Shown here: in pieces, positions 35,151-47,618 of the stretch | Numbering within the stretch: position 1 is the first letter of the stretch | How the letters are laid out: each line of letters begins with the position of its first letter | From: Malacoraja senta | Lineage: Eukaryota | Assembly: GCA_038087875.1 (NCBI GenBank) | Contig: CM075988.1 | Location: 3,038,001 to 3,102,000, forward strand | Reading direction: 5' to 3' | DNA length: 64,000 bases | Notes under the pieces: generated by a model | The model's input: only the letters and a program-made list of their open reading frames with translations | Databases searched by the model: none | Told to the model about the DNA's origin: nothing | Program-made: the position numbers and the translations under genes

Positions 35151-35659
35151 AACTGGGAGATTGTCTGATCTGAGTCCTGACATACATCTACACTGCCCCT
35201 TGTGCTCCTTGAACCTGTCACCTTGGCTGTGACCAGCTAACCACCAGTAATGATGAAATCGGGAGTATGAAGCATTCACGCGATTATTACTCATGAAGTT
35301 TGTGGGAAGCCTTATAATACTGTTATTATTCAGTCAACTTGGAAAATATTGCAAATTAGTATTCCTGTACTTTGCTGTAATAGTATTATTATATTAGTAT
35401 TATAATTCTGAAATATGGAAAAATATTTTGGTAAGTGGATTTTTTTCTGTCAATGTGTTATTTAAAAAAATTATATCTACACAGATGTTCTGCTTATTGA
35501 GCATTTGCAGCTCATTAAGTGATTACCATTACCAGTGCCTTCCAGAAGGTCATAAAAGGAGTGCAGAAGGCAAGAAGCCTTGTGAGCATAATGCAAAGCG
35601 CTGGAGAGGGAGTTTCTACTAGTATTCGGTTTAGTTTAGAGATACAGCGCGTAATGTTC

Positions 35660-37134
35660 AATAGATTCAGGATCAGTTCCTGTGGATTGGAGGATAGCTA
35701 ATGTTATTCCACTTTTCAAGAAAGGAGAGAGAGAGAAAACGGGGAATTACAGACCAGTTAGCCTGACCGGTGTTGGGAAAGATGCTGGATTCAATTATTA
35801 AAGAAGTAATATTGGGGCATTTTGGATAGCAGTAAAAGGATTAGTCCAAGTCAGCATGGATTTATGAAAGGAAAATCATGCTTGACTAATCTTCTGGAAT
35901 TTTTTGAGGATGTGACAAGTAAAATGGATGAAGGGGAGCTAGTGGATGTAGTGTATCTAGACTTTCAGAAAGCCTTTGATAAGTTCCCGCACGGGAGACC
36001 GGTGACCAAAATTAGAGCACATGGTATTGGGGGTAGGGTGTTGAAATGGATAGAAAATTGGTTGGCAGATAGGAAGCAAAGAGTAGGAGTGAACGGGTCC
36101 TTTTCAGAATGGCAGGCAGTGGCGAGTGGAGTGCCGCAAGGCTCGGTGTTGGGGCCGCAACTGTTTACCATATATATTAATGATTTGGAAGAGGGAATTA
36201 GGAGCAACACTAGCAGGTTTGCAGAAAAACACAAAGCTGGGTGGCAGTGTGAACTGTGAAGAGGATGTAAGGAGGTTGCAGGGTGACCTGGACAGGTTGA
36301 TTGAGTGGGCAGATGCGTGGCAGATGCAGTATAATATAGATAAATGTGAGGTTATCCACTTTGGTGGCAAAAACCAGGGGGCAGATTATTGTCTCAATGG
36401 GGTTAGGTTAGGTAAGGGGGAGGTACAGCGAGACCTGGGTGTCCTTGTACACCGGTCACTGAAAGTTGGTGTGCAGGTACAGCAGGCAGTGAAGAATGGC
36501 CTTCATAACAAGAGGATTTCAGTATAGGAGTAGAGAGATTCTTCTGCAGTTGTATAGGGCTCTGGAAAGACCACATCTGGAGTATTGTGTACAGTTTTGG
36601 TCTCCTAATTTGAGGAAGGACATCCTTGTGATGGAGGCAGCGCAGCGTAGGTTCACGAAATTGATCCCTGGGATGGCGGGACTGTCATATGAAGAAAGAT
36701 TGAAAAGACTAGGCTTGTATTCACTTGAGTTTAGAAGGATGAGGGGGAATCTTATTGAAACATATAAAATTAAAAAAGGACTGGACGAGCTAGATGCAGG
36801 AAAAATGTTCCCAATGTTGGGCGAGTCCAGAACCAGGGGCCACAGTCTTAGAATAAAGGGGAGGCCATTTAAGACTGAGGTGAGAAAAAACGTTTTCACC
36901 CCAAAGAGTTGTGAATCTGTGGAATTCCCTGCCACAGAGGGCAGTGGAGGCCGAATCACTGGATGGATTTAAGAGAGAGTTATATGGAGCTCTAGGGGCT
37001 ACTGGAATCAAGGGATATGGGGAGAAGGCTGGCACGGGTTATTGATTGGGAACGATCAGCCATGATCATAATGAATGGCGGTGCTGGCTCGAAGTGCCGA
37101 ATGGCCTCCTCCTGCACCTATTTTCTATGTTTCT
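35660..37134 (+). mobile_element. 5'-truncated CR1 inserted into a V-SINE
   Basis: RT motifs SQHGFMKGKSCLTNL and GVPQGSVLGP. SINE halves lie at 35628-35654 and 37135-37185. Confidence 0.9.
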
Positions 37135-37818
37135 TAACAGGCCCTTCGGCCCACCGAGTCCACATCACCAGCGATCCCGCACATTTTTAACAAAGAGCCA
37201 GGAATTAAAAACGTAAAGCAGTAACTGTGTATTCATTGGAGTATTTTATGTCCTTTATATGAATTAGTTTAAGGGCTAGGTTTATTATTGTCATGTGCAA
37301 TTAGGTAGATTAGTTTATTGTCATGTGTACTGAGGTACAGTGAAAAGCTTTTTGCAGCGTGCTAACCAGTCAGTGGAAAGACTGTACATGATTACCGTCG
37401 AGCAATCCACAGTGTATATATGATGAAGGGAATAACGTTTTGTGCAAGATCAAGTCCAGTAAAGTATAATTAAAGATAGTCCGAGGTAGAGTGAATAGCT
37501 TTGTTTGGCATACTATCCTATCAGATCAGACAATATTATACTTGAATACAATCTAGTCAAACTCAAGTACAATAGGTAGAGCAAAGGAAGATGCAGATTA
37601 CAGAATATAGTTCTCTGCGTTGTAGCGCATCGGTTCCACAAACAAATTCCAATGTGATGCCGACAGTACCCTAGTTCATGGCAAGACCGTTCATATGCCT
37701 GATAACAGAAGGGAAGAAGCTGTTCCTGAGTCTGGTGGTGCATGCTTTCAAGCTTCTGTACCTTTTGCCTAACAGGAGCAGAGAGAAGGAATGACTGGGG
37801 TGGGTCAAATATGATTAC

Positions 37819-38590
37819 GAATCAGAATCAGAATCAGAATCACACTTTATTCGCCAAGTATGTTTTGCAACATACGAGGAACTTTATTGGCCAGGTCAGT
37901 CATACAATTAAATGTAACAGACCACTCAAAAACACATTTTAACATGAACATCCACCACAGTGACTCCTACACATTCCTTACTGTGATGGACGGCAAAATA
38001 AAGTTCAAGTCCTTCCCTTAGTTCTTCCTCGGTCGCGGGCCTCGAGCCCCCGTTGATGGGATGATCTGACTCCCATAGCAAGCGGCGTTCGGGCCCTCCG
38101 TGTCGAGGCGATCAAGCTCCCGCATCGGGGGAATGTCAGCTCCCCCGCGGCGGGCGATCAAACCTCGCGTCGGGGCTGGTCGAACCTTCCGTGTTGGAGA
38201 GGCCGAGTTGGAGCTTCCCGACTCGGCCTAACCCGAAGACTTCGAGCCCTTGGTGTTGGTTCTGCGGTGGGAGCGATCCCAGGCAAGGGATCAGCTCTGA
38301 TGTTAAGTCCACGCCCCGCGGTGGGGCTCACGACAATCTGAGGAGGCTTCCAGCTCCATCGATGGTAGGCCGCAGAGCCCGGCGAATGTGGTCCGAAATT
38401 CAATCACATCTCCTGGAAGGTAAGAACCTGAAAAAAAGGTCTCCCCCGATCCCCTTCCCCCTCCCCCCACATAAAACAAACCGAAGAACATTAAAACAAA
38501 AAAAAACTTTTAACAAACTAAAAAATAACAAAAAGAGTGAAAAGAGGAACAGACTGCCGGCAGGGCAGCCATCGCCCCGGCGTCTCTGGT
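37819..38590 (-). mobile_element. Composite VNTR-containing retroposon (copy B)
   Basis: (GATTCT)n tail, conserved CCATCACAGT..ACTGTGGTGG hairpin, GC-rich repeats, T-rich/G-run head. Confidence 0.65.
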
Positions 38591-39509
38591 GGTCTATGTA
38601 GAAGCAAAGAACTGCAGATGGTGGTTTATACCAAAGATAGACACATTTTAGGTCGGGACCCTTCTTCAGCCTCAAGTGTGAAATCTGAATTCTGTCTGAA
38701 AAAGGGTCTCAACCCAAAACATCACCCTTTTTCTCCTTTAATCAAGCACTTTGTCTATCTCAAGTCTATCATTATATTGGCTGCTTTTCCAAGGCAATGT
38801 GAAGTATAGATGGAGTCAACTATGGGGAGTCTGGTTTGTGAGATGGACTAAAGTATATCTACAACTCTGCAACTCTGCAAAAGTCTTGGGCAGAACTCCT
38901 GTTGTGATTCCTGGAGTTAGGTTAAATAACATTTAATAACAGTAGTGCATTCCTTGTGTGGGATACGACTTTAACCGTAACAGTATTCCCTCTTTGATGT
39001 CTTTTGACTTTTTAAACTTTTTCCTTGATTCTACCCTCACTCAAAAGCCTGCCCGATGCCAAGAACAATTATTCTGATCTTACCTGTGTATTTGAGTCCT
39101 TTACTTAAGGGTGGTAAGGTAATGAACTGAATCCTCCTGGTGAAGTGTAACCTGGACATTGTGAGCAACTTGCTAAGAAGTATCTCTTGACCACTTTCGA
39201 TGACACTTTTTGTCACTGTGCTGATGATTGAGCGTAGAGAGGTTGGTATGTGACTGGTGTATGTGATGGCGATAACCCTGGAAGACGATCGGCCACATTA
39301 GGATTTGATCAGCTTTGTCGGTGATGGCCTGACCAGGCTACTCAGGCTTACCAGGTGATGTTGACATTTCCCAGCCGGAGCCCAATGCAACTTCAATGCT
39401 CAATGCAACTTCAGTGCAAGCCATTCCTCCTGTGGCTTTTGTTGCCGGGGGTGGAAGATTGCAAGTGCTCAAGAGTTTTTTTCATTTTTAGATTGCTTGT
39501 TTATTTCAG

Positions 39510-39790
39510 ACATCTAACCAAGTTCACATTTATCGTCACGTGCACCAATTAAGGTACAGTGATATTTGAGTTACCAAACCGGCCATACAAGTAAAAAAAG
39601 AACGCAATACACAATAATTTTAACATAAACATCCACCACAGCGGAATCAACATTCCTCACTATGATGGAAGGCAATAAAGTTCAGTCATCTTCCTCCTTT
39701 GTTCACCCGTGGTGGTTGGGGCCTTCAACCCTCAGCACTGCCTCTGCCGACGATCCGATGTTAAAACTCTCTCGGGACGGAACGGAAACA
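39510..39790 (-). mobile_element. Composite retroposon, 5'-truncated (copy C)
   Basis: Same hairpin at 39632-39669 but a different 3' tail. Confidence 0.55.
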
Positions 39791-41164
39791 CTACACGGCA
39801 CGGAGCTCCATGATCATCTTAAAAAAATCTTACATGTTATTTGTTTTCAGAGGCCTTTGTTTGAATGATTGGCCTCCTGATGTTTTTCTATCCCTTCATT
39901 GCAGTGAAAGAGATCCTCATTGAATAACATACTAAATTAGTTGATTGATTGGTTTATTGATTGATACTTTATTATCACATGTGACGTCACAGTGAAATTC
40001 TTTGTTTTGCATACCATACACAAAGTATGTAAAGGGTCACCATCTACAGGGGGCCCACAAAGATACAAAGTCCTCACTGTGGTCCCCAATGGTCTCTCTT
40101 AGTTTTCGGCGGTGCTTCCTCGACCTCCAGCACTCATGCCTGTCCTTGACCGCACGCAGCCAGACCCTCTCTTGGACGGCTGCGCGGTGCTCACCGGGAG
40201 CTTCCAACGGCCCACCTCCCTCTCTGACGGCCCACTTCGCTCTCTGACGGTCCACCTCGTTCCTCGATGGCCCACCTCACCTCGCTCTCCGACGGCCCTC
40301 CTCACTCTCGGCGGTTGCTCAAGGGTCCCTCATCGCTCTCTCAGTGTGGTTGCCATCCGTATCAGGCGAGCCGGGCCTACTGGGCAGGTCCGACATCCGC
40401 AGCGAGGGAGCCGGGCCTACTGGAGGGCTTGGCCCCGCTCGCTGGGAACACTCCCGGCCGCACTGCTCTCCAGGTGTATTCTAACTGAATATTCTGCGAG
40501 GTTCATGAAAAATTGACCAGGTTACCTCTTTAATTGGTGGTTGAGGATTGTCCTCCTGCAATTAACGCCTTGGATTTTATATTCACCTGAAAGGTGTCAT
40601 CAATTTCGTAGCGAATCTTAAAGGTGCCACTTCGTACATGAAGCGTTCCATTATTACAGCCATGATATGCCAGCAAATGTTATGCACAAATGCCTGAAAA
40701 GGGGCTTGAATCGTATGATTCAGGGGAAAGAGCTTATAACTGGGCCACAAAGGAATGATGATTTATAAACAAATAGGAAATTGTGGCTTCAAATTCATAA
40801 TCATGGCTGCCACCTTATGAAGGAATGTTCCTTCAGAAGGTCATGATGTACACCTTTTACCCCTTGATTACATTTTGCATTTCAATTTTCTGGCATATGA
40901 ATAGATGACTTCAATCTGCAGGGTAATGAATCTGTTATTTTCTTGCAGCCCTTGTCATCAAATCTTGCTCAATATAACTACAATGCATTTGTTCATGGAG
41001 AAACGACTGCTTTAATGTGAAACTGGCTGCCAGATGCAGAACTGAACGAGGACTATTTATAGAGAGAGACAAGGAATCATGCAGCACAGAAACAGGCCCT
41101 TCACCCCAACTCGTCCATGCCAACAAAGATTCCCCATTTAAGCTAGTCCCATTTGCCTGCATTT

Positions 41165-41485
41165 ACATAGAAACATAGAAAATAGGTGCAGGAGGAGGCT
41201 ATTCATTGTGATCATGGATGATCGTCCCCTATCAATAACCCGTGCCTGCCTTCTCCCCATATCCCTTGACACCACTAGCCCCTAGAGCTCTATCTAACTC
41301 TCTCTTAATCCATCCAGTGACTTGGCCTCCACTGCCCTCTGTGGCAGGGAATTCCATAAATTCACAACTCTGGGTGAAAAAGTTTTTTCTCACCTCAGTC
41401 TTAAATTACCTCCCCTTTATTCTAAGACTGTGGCCCCTGGTTCTGGACTCGCCCCACATTGGGAACATTTTTCCTGCATCTAGCT
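41165..41485 (-). mobile_element. CR1 3' fragment
   Basis: CATAGAAACATAGAAA tail; LDAGKMFPMWGESRTRGHSLRIKG. Confidence 0.85.
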
Positions 41486-41696
41486 CATACCCCTCCATAC
41501 TTTTCCTATCAAGACTCCAGAGTGTTTTATTATCATATGTACCAAAATGGAACAATGAAATTCTTACTTGCAGCAGCACAACAGGTTTGTAAACAGTACT
41601 CCATAGATAATATAAACAAAAATAAAAAATAAATAAAATATATATTAAATAAATAATATAGTACAAAAAACAAAAGAAAGCCCAAAGTCCCTAGTG

Positions 41697-42990
41697 CAGC
41701 GTTTCTCAACCTTTTCACCCTTGCGGAACCCTTGAAATAATTTTCATGTCTCAGGGAACCCCTGAGTTGGGGGTTGCCGGGCCCGCCGCCATTTTGAGAT
41801 CGCCATTTTGACTTGCGTCACAATGGCGATCTCTGGAGTCACAGCGGGGACCCGTCAGCCGCGCTTGCGCAGTTGGAGAAGGGCAGGTCGCCTTTGTTTT
41901 TTCAATCAGCTCTCGTGTCTCAGTCTCTGCTATAACTACAAAGTGTTTCACTTTACGAATTTTGTTTCTTAGTAAGAAGATTGCCTAGCAAGCATTACTT
42001 TTATGATTGGTATTAACTTACAGTTGTAGGCTACAAGAAAGTTTTGATGAGAGAGGGAAAAAACAATGCTATTTTGGCTAAGATTGTTTTGGGAGCCACA
42101 TCCTTTCCATTAATAAACCATTTGAAATCGAACATTAGCAGAAACAAATGTAGAACTATCGAAAAAAATTGTTGTTTCGCTATTTCTACTTCTTCCCCAC
42201 CATTTTAGTGCTGGCATCCAAGAGAGACTCTGGGTTGTGGCCTCTCCCGGTCAGTGCGGGTTTCTGGGATGATCGGGAGACCGGGAAGGGCCTAGAACAG
42301 AGACGCTTTGCAGTCGGCTGAGCTCTATCCTCCGCCATGCTGTCCAACACAGTGGAGAGAAAAGTATCCACCGCGCAGCCCGCACCGCTACACTTGTTTT
42401 TTTCCTCTCAGCATCTGAACCCAGCACCCAGCCGCTCCACACCGCGCAACCGAACCCCGCTCAGCGCCCACCCCCTCCCTCCTCATTGGCCACAGCTGAC
42501 TGTCCAGAGGGCGGTCCCTTCTCCTATTGGGCCAGCCTGGTGTCAGTCACGCGGGATGACGACCAGCCGGTTTGTCTGGCTCTCGCCGCGTTCGGACCCT
42601 CCGCCCCCCACCCCCCTCCCCCCGAGCGGCATCTACAGTTCGATTGGTCGGGTCAGGTGTCAGTCGAGGAGTCGTCACAATGCTGGCAGCGCGGAGCCAC
42701 GGCCTCTCACGCCATATAAAGAGCCCGTGGCTGACCAGGGAGGCGGGTCACTCGCACAAGCAGCGGCTCAGGGGGAGCCCGGACGCCCCGGCACCGGGAA
42801 CATCTGCAGCCCGATCCGGCACCAGGGACAGCTGCAGCCCGCTCTGGCATTGGGGAAATCATCCCCTGGGCCGGATTGGACCCCTTCACTGGCCGCATCC
42901 AGCTGGTAGTTTATCACTATTTCTCGCGGAACCCCTCACGACCTCTGGCGGAACCCTAGCGTTCTGGGGAATCCCGGTTGAGAAATGCTG
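41697..42990. mobile_element. Non-autonomous hAT (Charlie-like) element
   Basis: TIRs CAGCGTTTCTCAACC / GGTTGAGAAATGCTG. 8-bp TSD CCCTAGTG at 41689-41696 and 42991-42998. GGAACCC subterminal motifs. Confidence 0.88.
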
Positions 42991-43108
42991 CCCTAGTGAA
43001 ACCAAGGTAGTTCGTAGTTGGAGTTTGTAATGTTCAATAGCATTATGGTTGTTTGAATGGGAGGGAAATGAGAGGGTGTACAGGGTGGTGTGGGTTTCTG
43101 ATGATGCT

Positions 43109-43314
43109 TTTTTTTATAATACAAAATGCTTTTATTCAAAACAAACAAAAATACATAGTAACACGATCAAAGACTGCCTATATTGGCAGTTTACAAACAA
43201 ACAGTTATCAAATTAAAATATCGCCAACTTTATCGACAATACACTCGACCTCCCACGGCAACCAGCGTTCACGGAAGGCCTGCAAAGTCCATATGGACAC
43301 CGCATTTTCCCTAC
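43109..43314 (-). mobile_element. Short 5'-truncated L1/Tx1-type LINE 3' end with 14-bp TSD
   Basis: Poly(A) on the - strand. ORF end ...LQAFRERWLPWEVECIVDKVGDILI*. TSD TTTCTGATGATGCT at 43095-43108 and 43315-43328. Confidence 0.75.
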
Positions 43315-43717
43315 TTTCTGATGATGCTAGCTGCCTTTTTGATGCAGCGCCTCCTATAAACCCTTTAGAAGGTGGGGAGGTAAGTACCTGTGATGGACCG
43401 GTCAGTGTTCACCTTTTGCAATCTCCTTCGTTCCACCTCTTTGAGTCTTTCCAAATGTGCTATTATATCTGCCTTAACTACGTCTGGCAGATCATTCCAT
43501 ATACCCACCACCTTCTGAGTGATTAAGTTATTCCTCAGGTTCATGTTAAATCTTTCCCCTCTCATCTTAAACCTATGTCCTCTGGTTCTTGACTCCCCTA
43601 CCTGGGTAAAACATTCTATGCATTTACCAGATCAATTCCCCTTAATCTGGAATAGAAAGGTTGACATTTATCTATTAAGTTGTGAATTGCGTTGAAAAGA
43701 CAGAGTGGAGAAATTAA

Positions 43718-44012
43718 TTTTAGTTTAGCATGGAAACAGGTCCTTTGGCCGACCAAGTGCGCTGACCAGCGATCCCCATACACTGGCACTATCTTACACA
43801 CTAGGAACAACTTACAGTTTTTACCAAAGCCAATTAATCTACAAACCTATACGTCTTAGGAGTGTGAAAAGAAACAGGAGCACCCGGGGGAAACGCGCGC
43901 GGTCACGGGGAGAAAGTGCAAACTCCTTACAGACAACGCCCAAAGTCCAAATCGAACCCAGTTCTCTGGCGCTGTAACGCAGCACCTCTACCGCTGCGTC
44001 AGCATGCCGCCC
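43718..44012 (-). mobile_element. V-SINE
   Basis: Same family as 5898-6197. Confidence 0.75.
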
Positions 44013-44521
44013 CAGTTGTGATGGCGTCCAAAAAATCGGTGAGGAACTCAGGAGAAAACTATTTATACAGATCAGATGTAGAATACATTCTAGGTCTACA
44101 AAAATGGTGGAAGACTGCAGTTCCTTCTTAAAAAAAAAAGAATACCTTCTAGTTCAGTTTAGTTTATTGTAGGTTTACCGAGATACAGCAAAAAGCTTTT
44201 GTTACGTGCTATCCAGTTAGCAGAAAGATAATACATGACAGGGCTCTCGCTTAACTTTTTTCCCCTGTTGCCAGCCGGGCAACCTTGACAGCATTTTAGG
44301 TTGCCAAATGACAGTTTAGGTGGTCATTTAAGATGGCTTGCATGACACGTGCGATAATGTGCTTGGACGAAGTGCGTAGTTACCAGTCGGAATTATACTC
44401 AATGAAGCATTCACATGTTATTTCTGCTTCAAAAAAAGTCACAAACTAAACATATTCACCAATCAAGACATGATATATCCCACAATGACATGCAGCAAAA
44501 TTATAAGTCAGTATCTCAACT

Positions 44522-45054
44522 CCAAATCTGAGGAAGGACATTATAGCCATAGAAGGAGTGCAGAGAAGGTTCACCAGACTGATTCCTGGGATGTCAGGAC
44601 TTTCATATGAAGAAAGACTGGATAGACTTGGCTTATACTCGCTAGAATTTAGGAGATTGAGAGGGGATCTTATAGAAACGTACAAAATTCTTGTGGGGTT
44701 GGACAGGCTAGATGCCGGAAGATTGTTCCCGATGTTGGGGAAGTCCAGGACAAGGGGTCACAGCTTAAGGATAAGGGGGAAATCCTTTAAGACCGAGATG
44801 AGGAAAAACTTTTTCACACAGAGAGTGGTGAATCTCTGGAACTCTCTGCTACAGAGGGTAGTTGAGGCCAGTTCATTGGCTATATTTAAGAGGGAGTTAG
44901 ATGTGGCCCTTGTGGCTAAAGGGATCAGGGGGTATGGAGAGAAGGCAGGTACGGGATACTGAGTTGGATGATCAGCCATGATCATATTGAATGGCGGTGC
45001 AGGCTCGAAGGGCCGAATGGCCTACTCCTGCACCTATTTTCTATGTATCTATGT
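44522..45054 (+). mobile_element. Young CR1 3' fragment nested in the DNA transposon
   Basis: Near-identical to 24277-24798. Confidence 0.9.
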
Positions 45055-46432
45055 AACTCTTTTTACACATTGCAATTAATGCAATTTCTATTAGATCTTT
45101 CCACTTCCACTTCCAAACAAAAATGTGTTTGGATTATTCCAGCGTATGATCAACCTGTGTCAATAAATCCTGGACCATGGTAACATATATGCGTACGTAT
45201 AGTTGTGAATGTTGCTCATTAAATAACTACAGTACTGATACTCCATATTAAGAGCATTGATTTGCCGTTAAAATGAATTCTGTAATAACGTGCCAATGGC
45301 AACAGTGACAATCGAACACTGCGGTTTTAATGTTTCACGTGTTCACAATTTAATTAATCCATCGTTATGGATTAAAACAAATAATAACATTGGGAATTAA
45401 AACACATTTGATTGCATTCTGTTATCAAACATAGTCAATGTTCGCTCTGAAGACATTTCCAGCACAATAGGGTCAAGGAGGGGGTGTGTGTGAATCAGTG
45501 CGGGGTGGATAGGTGGGGGGGGGGGAGTGAGAAGGCAGTCGGTGCAGAATGGATGGATTGAGGCAGGTGAATTAGTACGTGTTGGTTGGAGTAGGTAAAA
45601 TTGTGAGGGGAGAGCACCGGGGATGTCAGTGGTGTTGAATGGGGGGGTTCAGTACGGGATGGATGGGGGTAGACAAAAGTGCTGGAGAAACTCAGCGGGT
45701 GAGGCAGCATCAATGGAGCGAAGGAAATAGGCAACGTTTCAGGTCGAGACCCTTCAGACTGTTCTCCCCATTCTTCTTGAATGGGAGGATCAGTACAGGA
45801 TGGATGGGGGGGGGTGGGGAGATCAACGCAGCATGAATTGGGGGGGGGTCAGTACAGTGTGGATCGGAGGGTCTGTGCAGGATGAATGGGGGAACACTAC
45901 AGGATGAATGAGGGGAAGGGGGGAAGGTGCAGGGTAAATGGAGGGTGGGTCAGTATGGGATGAATGTGTGGATTAGTACAGGATGGATGGAAAAGGGTAA
46001 GTTCAGGGTGAATTGGGGAACGAGTGTAGGATGGATGGGGGGGGGTGGCAAGAGAATCAATGCGAAGTGGATAGGGTGATCAGCGCAGGATGAATAGATG
46101 GGGGGGGGTAGATGGGGAGGGGAGCACAGGGGATGTCAGTGAGGACTGAATAGAGGCGGGAATGGGGATCAGTGCGGGATGGAGTGGAGGGGTCCCAGGA
46201 TAAGGGGGTGGAGGGGGCGTACAAGAGAGAGAGAGAGAGAGAGGGAGAGGGGGGCGAGGTGGGGAGGAAGGAAGGTCAGCGATCCTCGGACAACATCGCC
46301 CCGCTGCCTTGGCCATTGGGAACTCCTCGCCACCGCCTCCCTCCTCCGCCAGCCAACAGCAAGGTGTGGGGCCGGGCGGTGCAGCTCAGAGATCCTATAG
46401 CGATAAGATCTTTGGTGCAGCTGCTTCAGATG

Positions 46433-46863
46433 CGACGTTTCGTGTCGGCGGCTGTCGTGCGGGGCCAAGATACTAGGTGCGGGGTGAGGAAGGGTCGGAG
46501 CGAATGATGGGTCCCGCACAGTGGCAACAGCGGCCGCGAACAGCAGCTCCATCTCCTCCTCCCGCCTTGATAAGGGCCTCTGCTTGTAAACCCGTTAACG
46601 GCGCTTTCAAACAAACTCTCCCGCACTACGAGGCCGGGAGGAGGGAGGGAGGGAGGGAGGGAGGGGGAGGCCTCGGAGTGCGGGTGAGTTTGTTTGAAAG
46701 CGCCGTTAGCGGGTTTACAAGCAGAGGCCCTTATCAGGGCGGGCGGAGGAGGAGGAGATGGACCCGCTGCTGCCGTTGTGCGGGGCCCGTCATTCGCTCC
46801 GACCCTTCCTCATCCCGCATCTAGTATCTTTGCCCCGCACAGCCGCCGCCGACACGAAACGTC
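46433..46863. repeat. Long imperfect inverted repeat (~200-bp arms)
   Basis: GACGTTTCGTGTCGGCGGC... pairs with ...GCCGCCGACACGAAACGTC, with a purine (GGGA)n spacer at about 46636-46668. Confidence 0.9.
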
Positions 46864-47214
46864 ACGTTCCTTTTCTCCAGAGATGCTGCCTGACCCGCGG
46901 AGTTACTCCAGTTTTTTGTGTCTATCTTCGGTACAAACCAGTATCTGGTTGCCAAGCCGGGCAAAATGACTCAGTGTTTAGGTTGCCCGGCGGCGCTTTC
47001 AGTGGTCAGTGGCACCCGGGCAACCGCTAATTTCGAGCCCTGCATGATTACAACTGAGCCATTTACAGTGTATAGATACATGATAAGGGAATAATGTTTA
47101 GTACAAGGTGAAGTCAGCAAAGTCCAATCAAGGATATTGAAGTACTTAAACCACAAAGGAGAATTGTGTATTAAGGGGAAGCTATTTAACAGGTAAGATT
47201 TAGAGAATTATGTT
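46751..47214 (+). repeat. 464-bp direct repeat, copy 1
   Basis: Ungapped match to 53520-53983 (offset 6769) with about 6 substitutions. Confidence 0.95.
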
Positions 47215-47618
47215 TTTTTTAATTTTTTTATTTTTAATTTTTTTATTTATTAGAAGTACATTACATTACAACCACATACATTAGTACTCGTCACTAATGT
47301 CTTCTTACAATTAATGTACTCCATTTGTTTTTTACACTAGTAAAAGGAAAGGATAAGATTGAAAGAAAGAAGAAAGTGAAGGAAAAAGTGAGAGTGTAGA
47401 AAATGTGACAACAAAAAAGAACGAAGACCCTATAAGAACAAAATTAAAAACAAAAGAAAAAGTCTTAAGAAATAGACCCTAGAAAAGAAGGAGAGAGAGA
47501 AAGAGGAAAAAGAGAGAAACAAATATTTTTTATGAGCATTACGCAAATGGGACATACCAACTCTTCAACTATCATCCCCCATTACCTGACCTCAATTTTT
47601 TTAAGGTACCTTTGCACC

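Larger units (their letters stand above)
44239..47042. mobile_element. Non-autonomous TIR DNA transposon with apparent 5-bp TSD
   Basis: TIRs CAGGGCTC / GAGCCCTG and subterminal GTTGCC/GGCAAC motifs. CATGA on both sides. It splits a host repeat that is intact at about 57030-57160. Confidence 0.75.

Noticed and set aside
42337..43030. GC-rich ORFs of 150-190 aa, with CCAAT- and TATA-like motifs nearby
   Set aside because: Inside a non-autonomous hAT element, with low-complexity translations and no known motifs.
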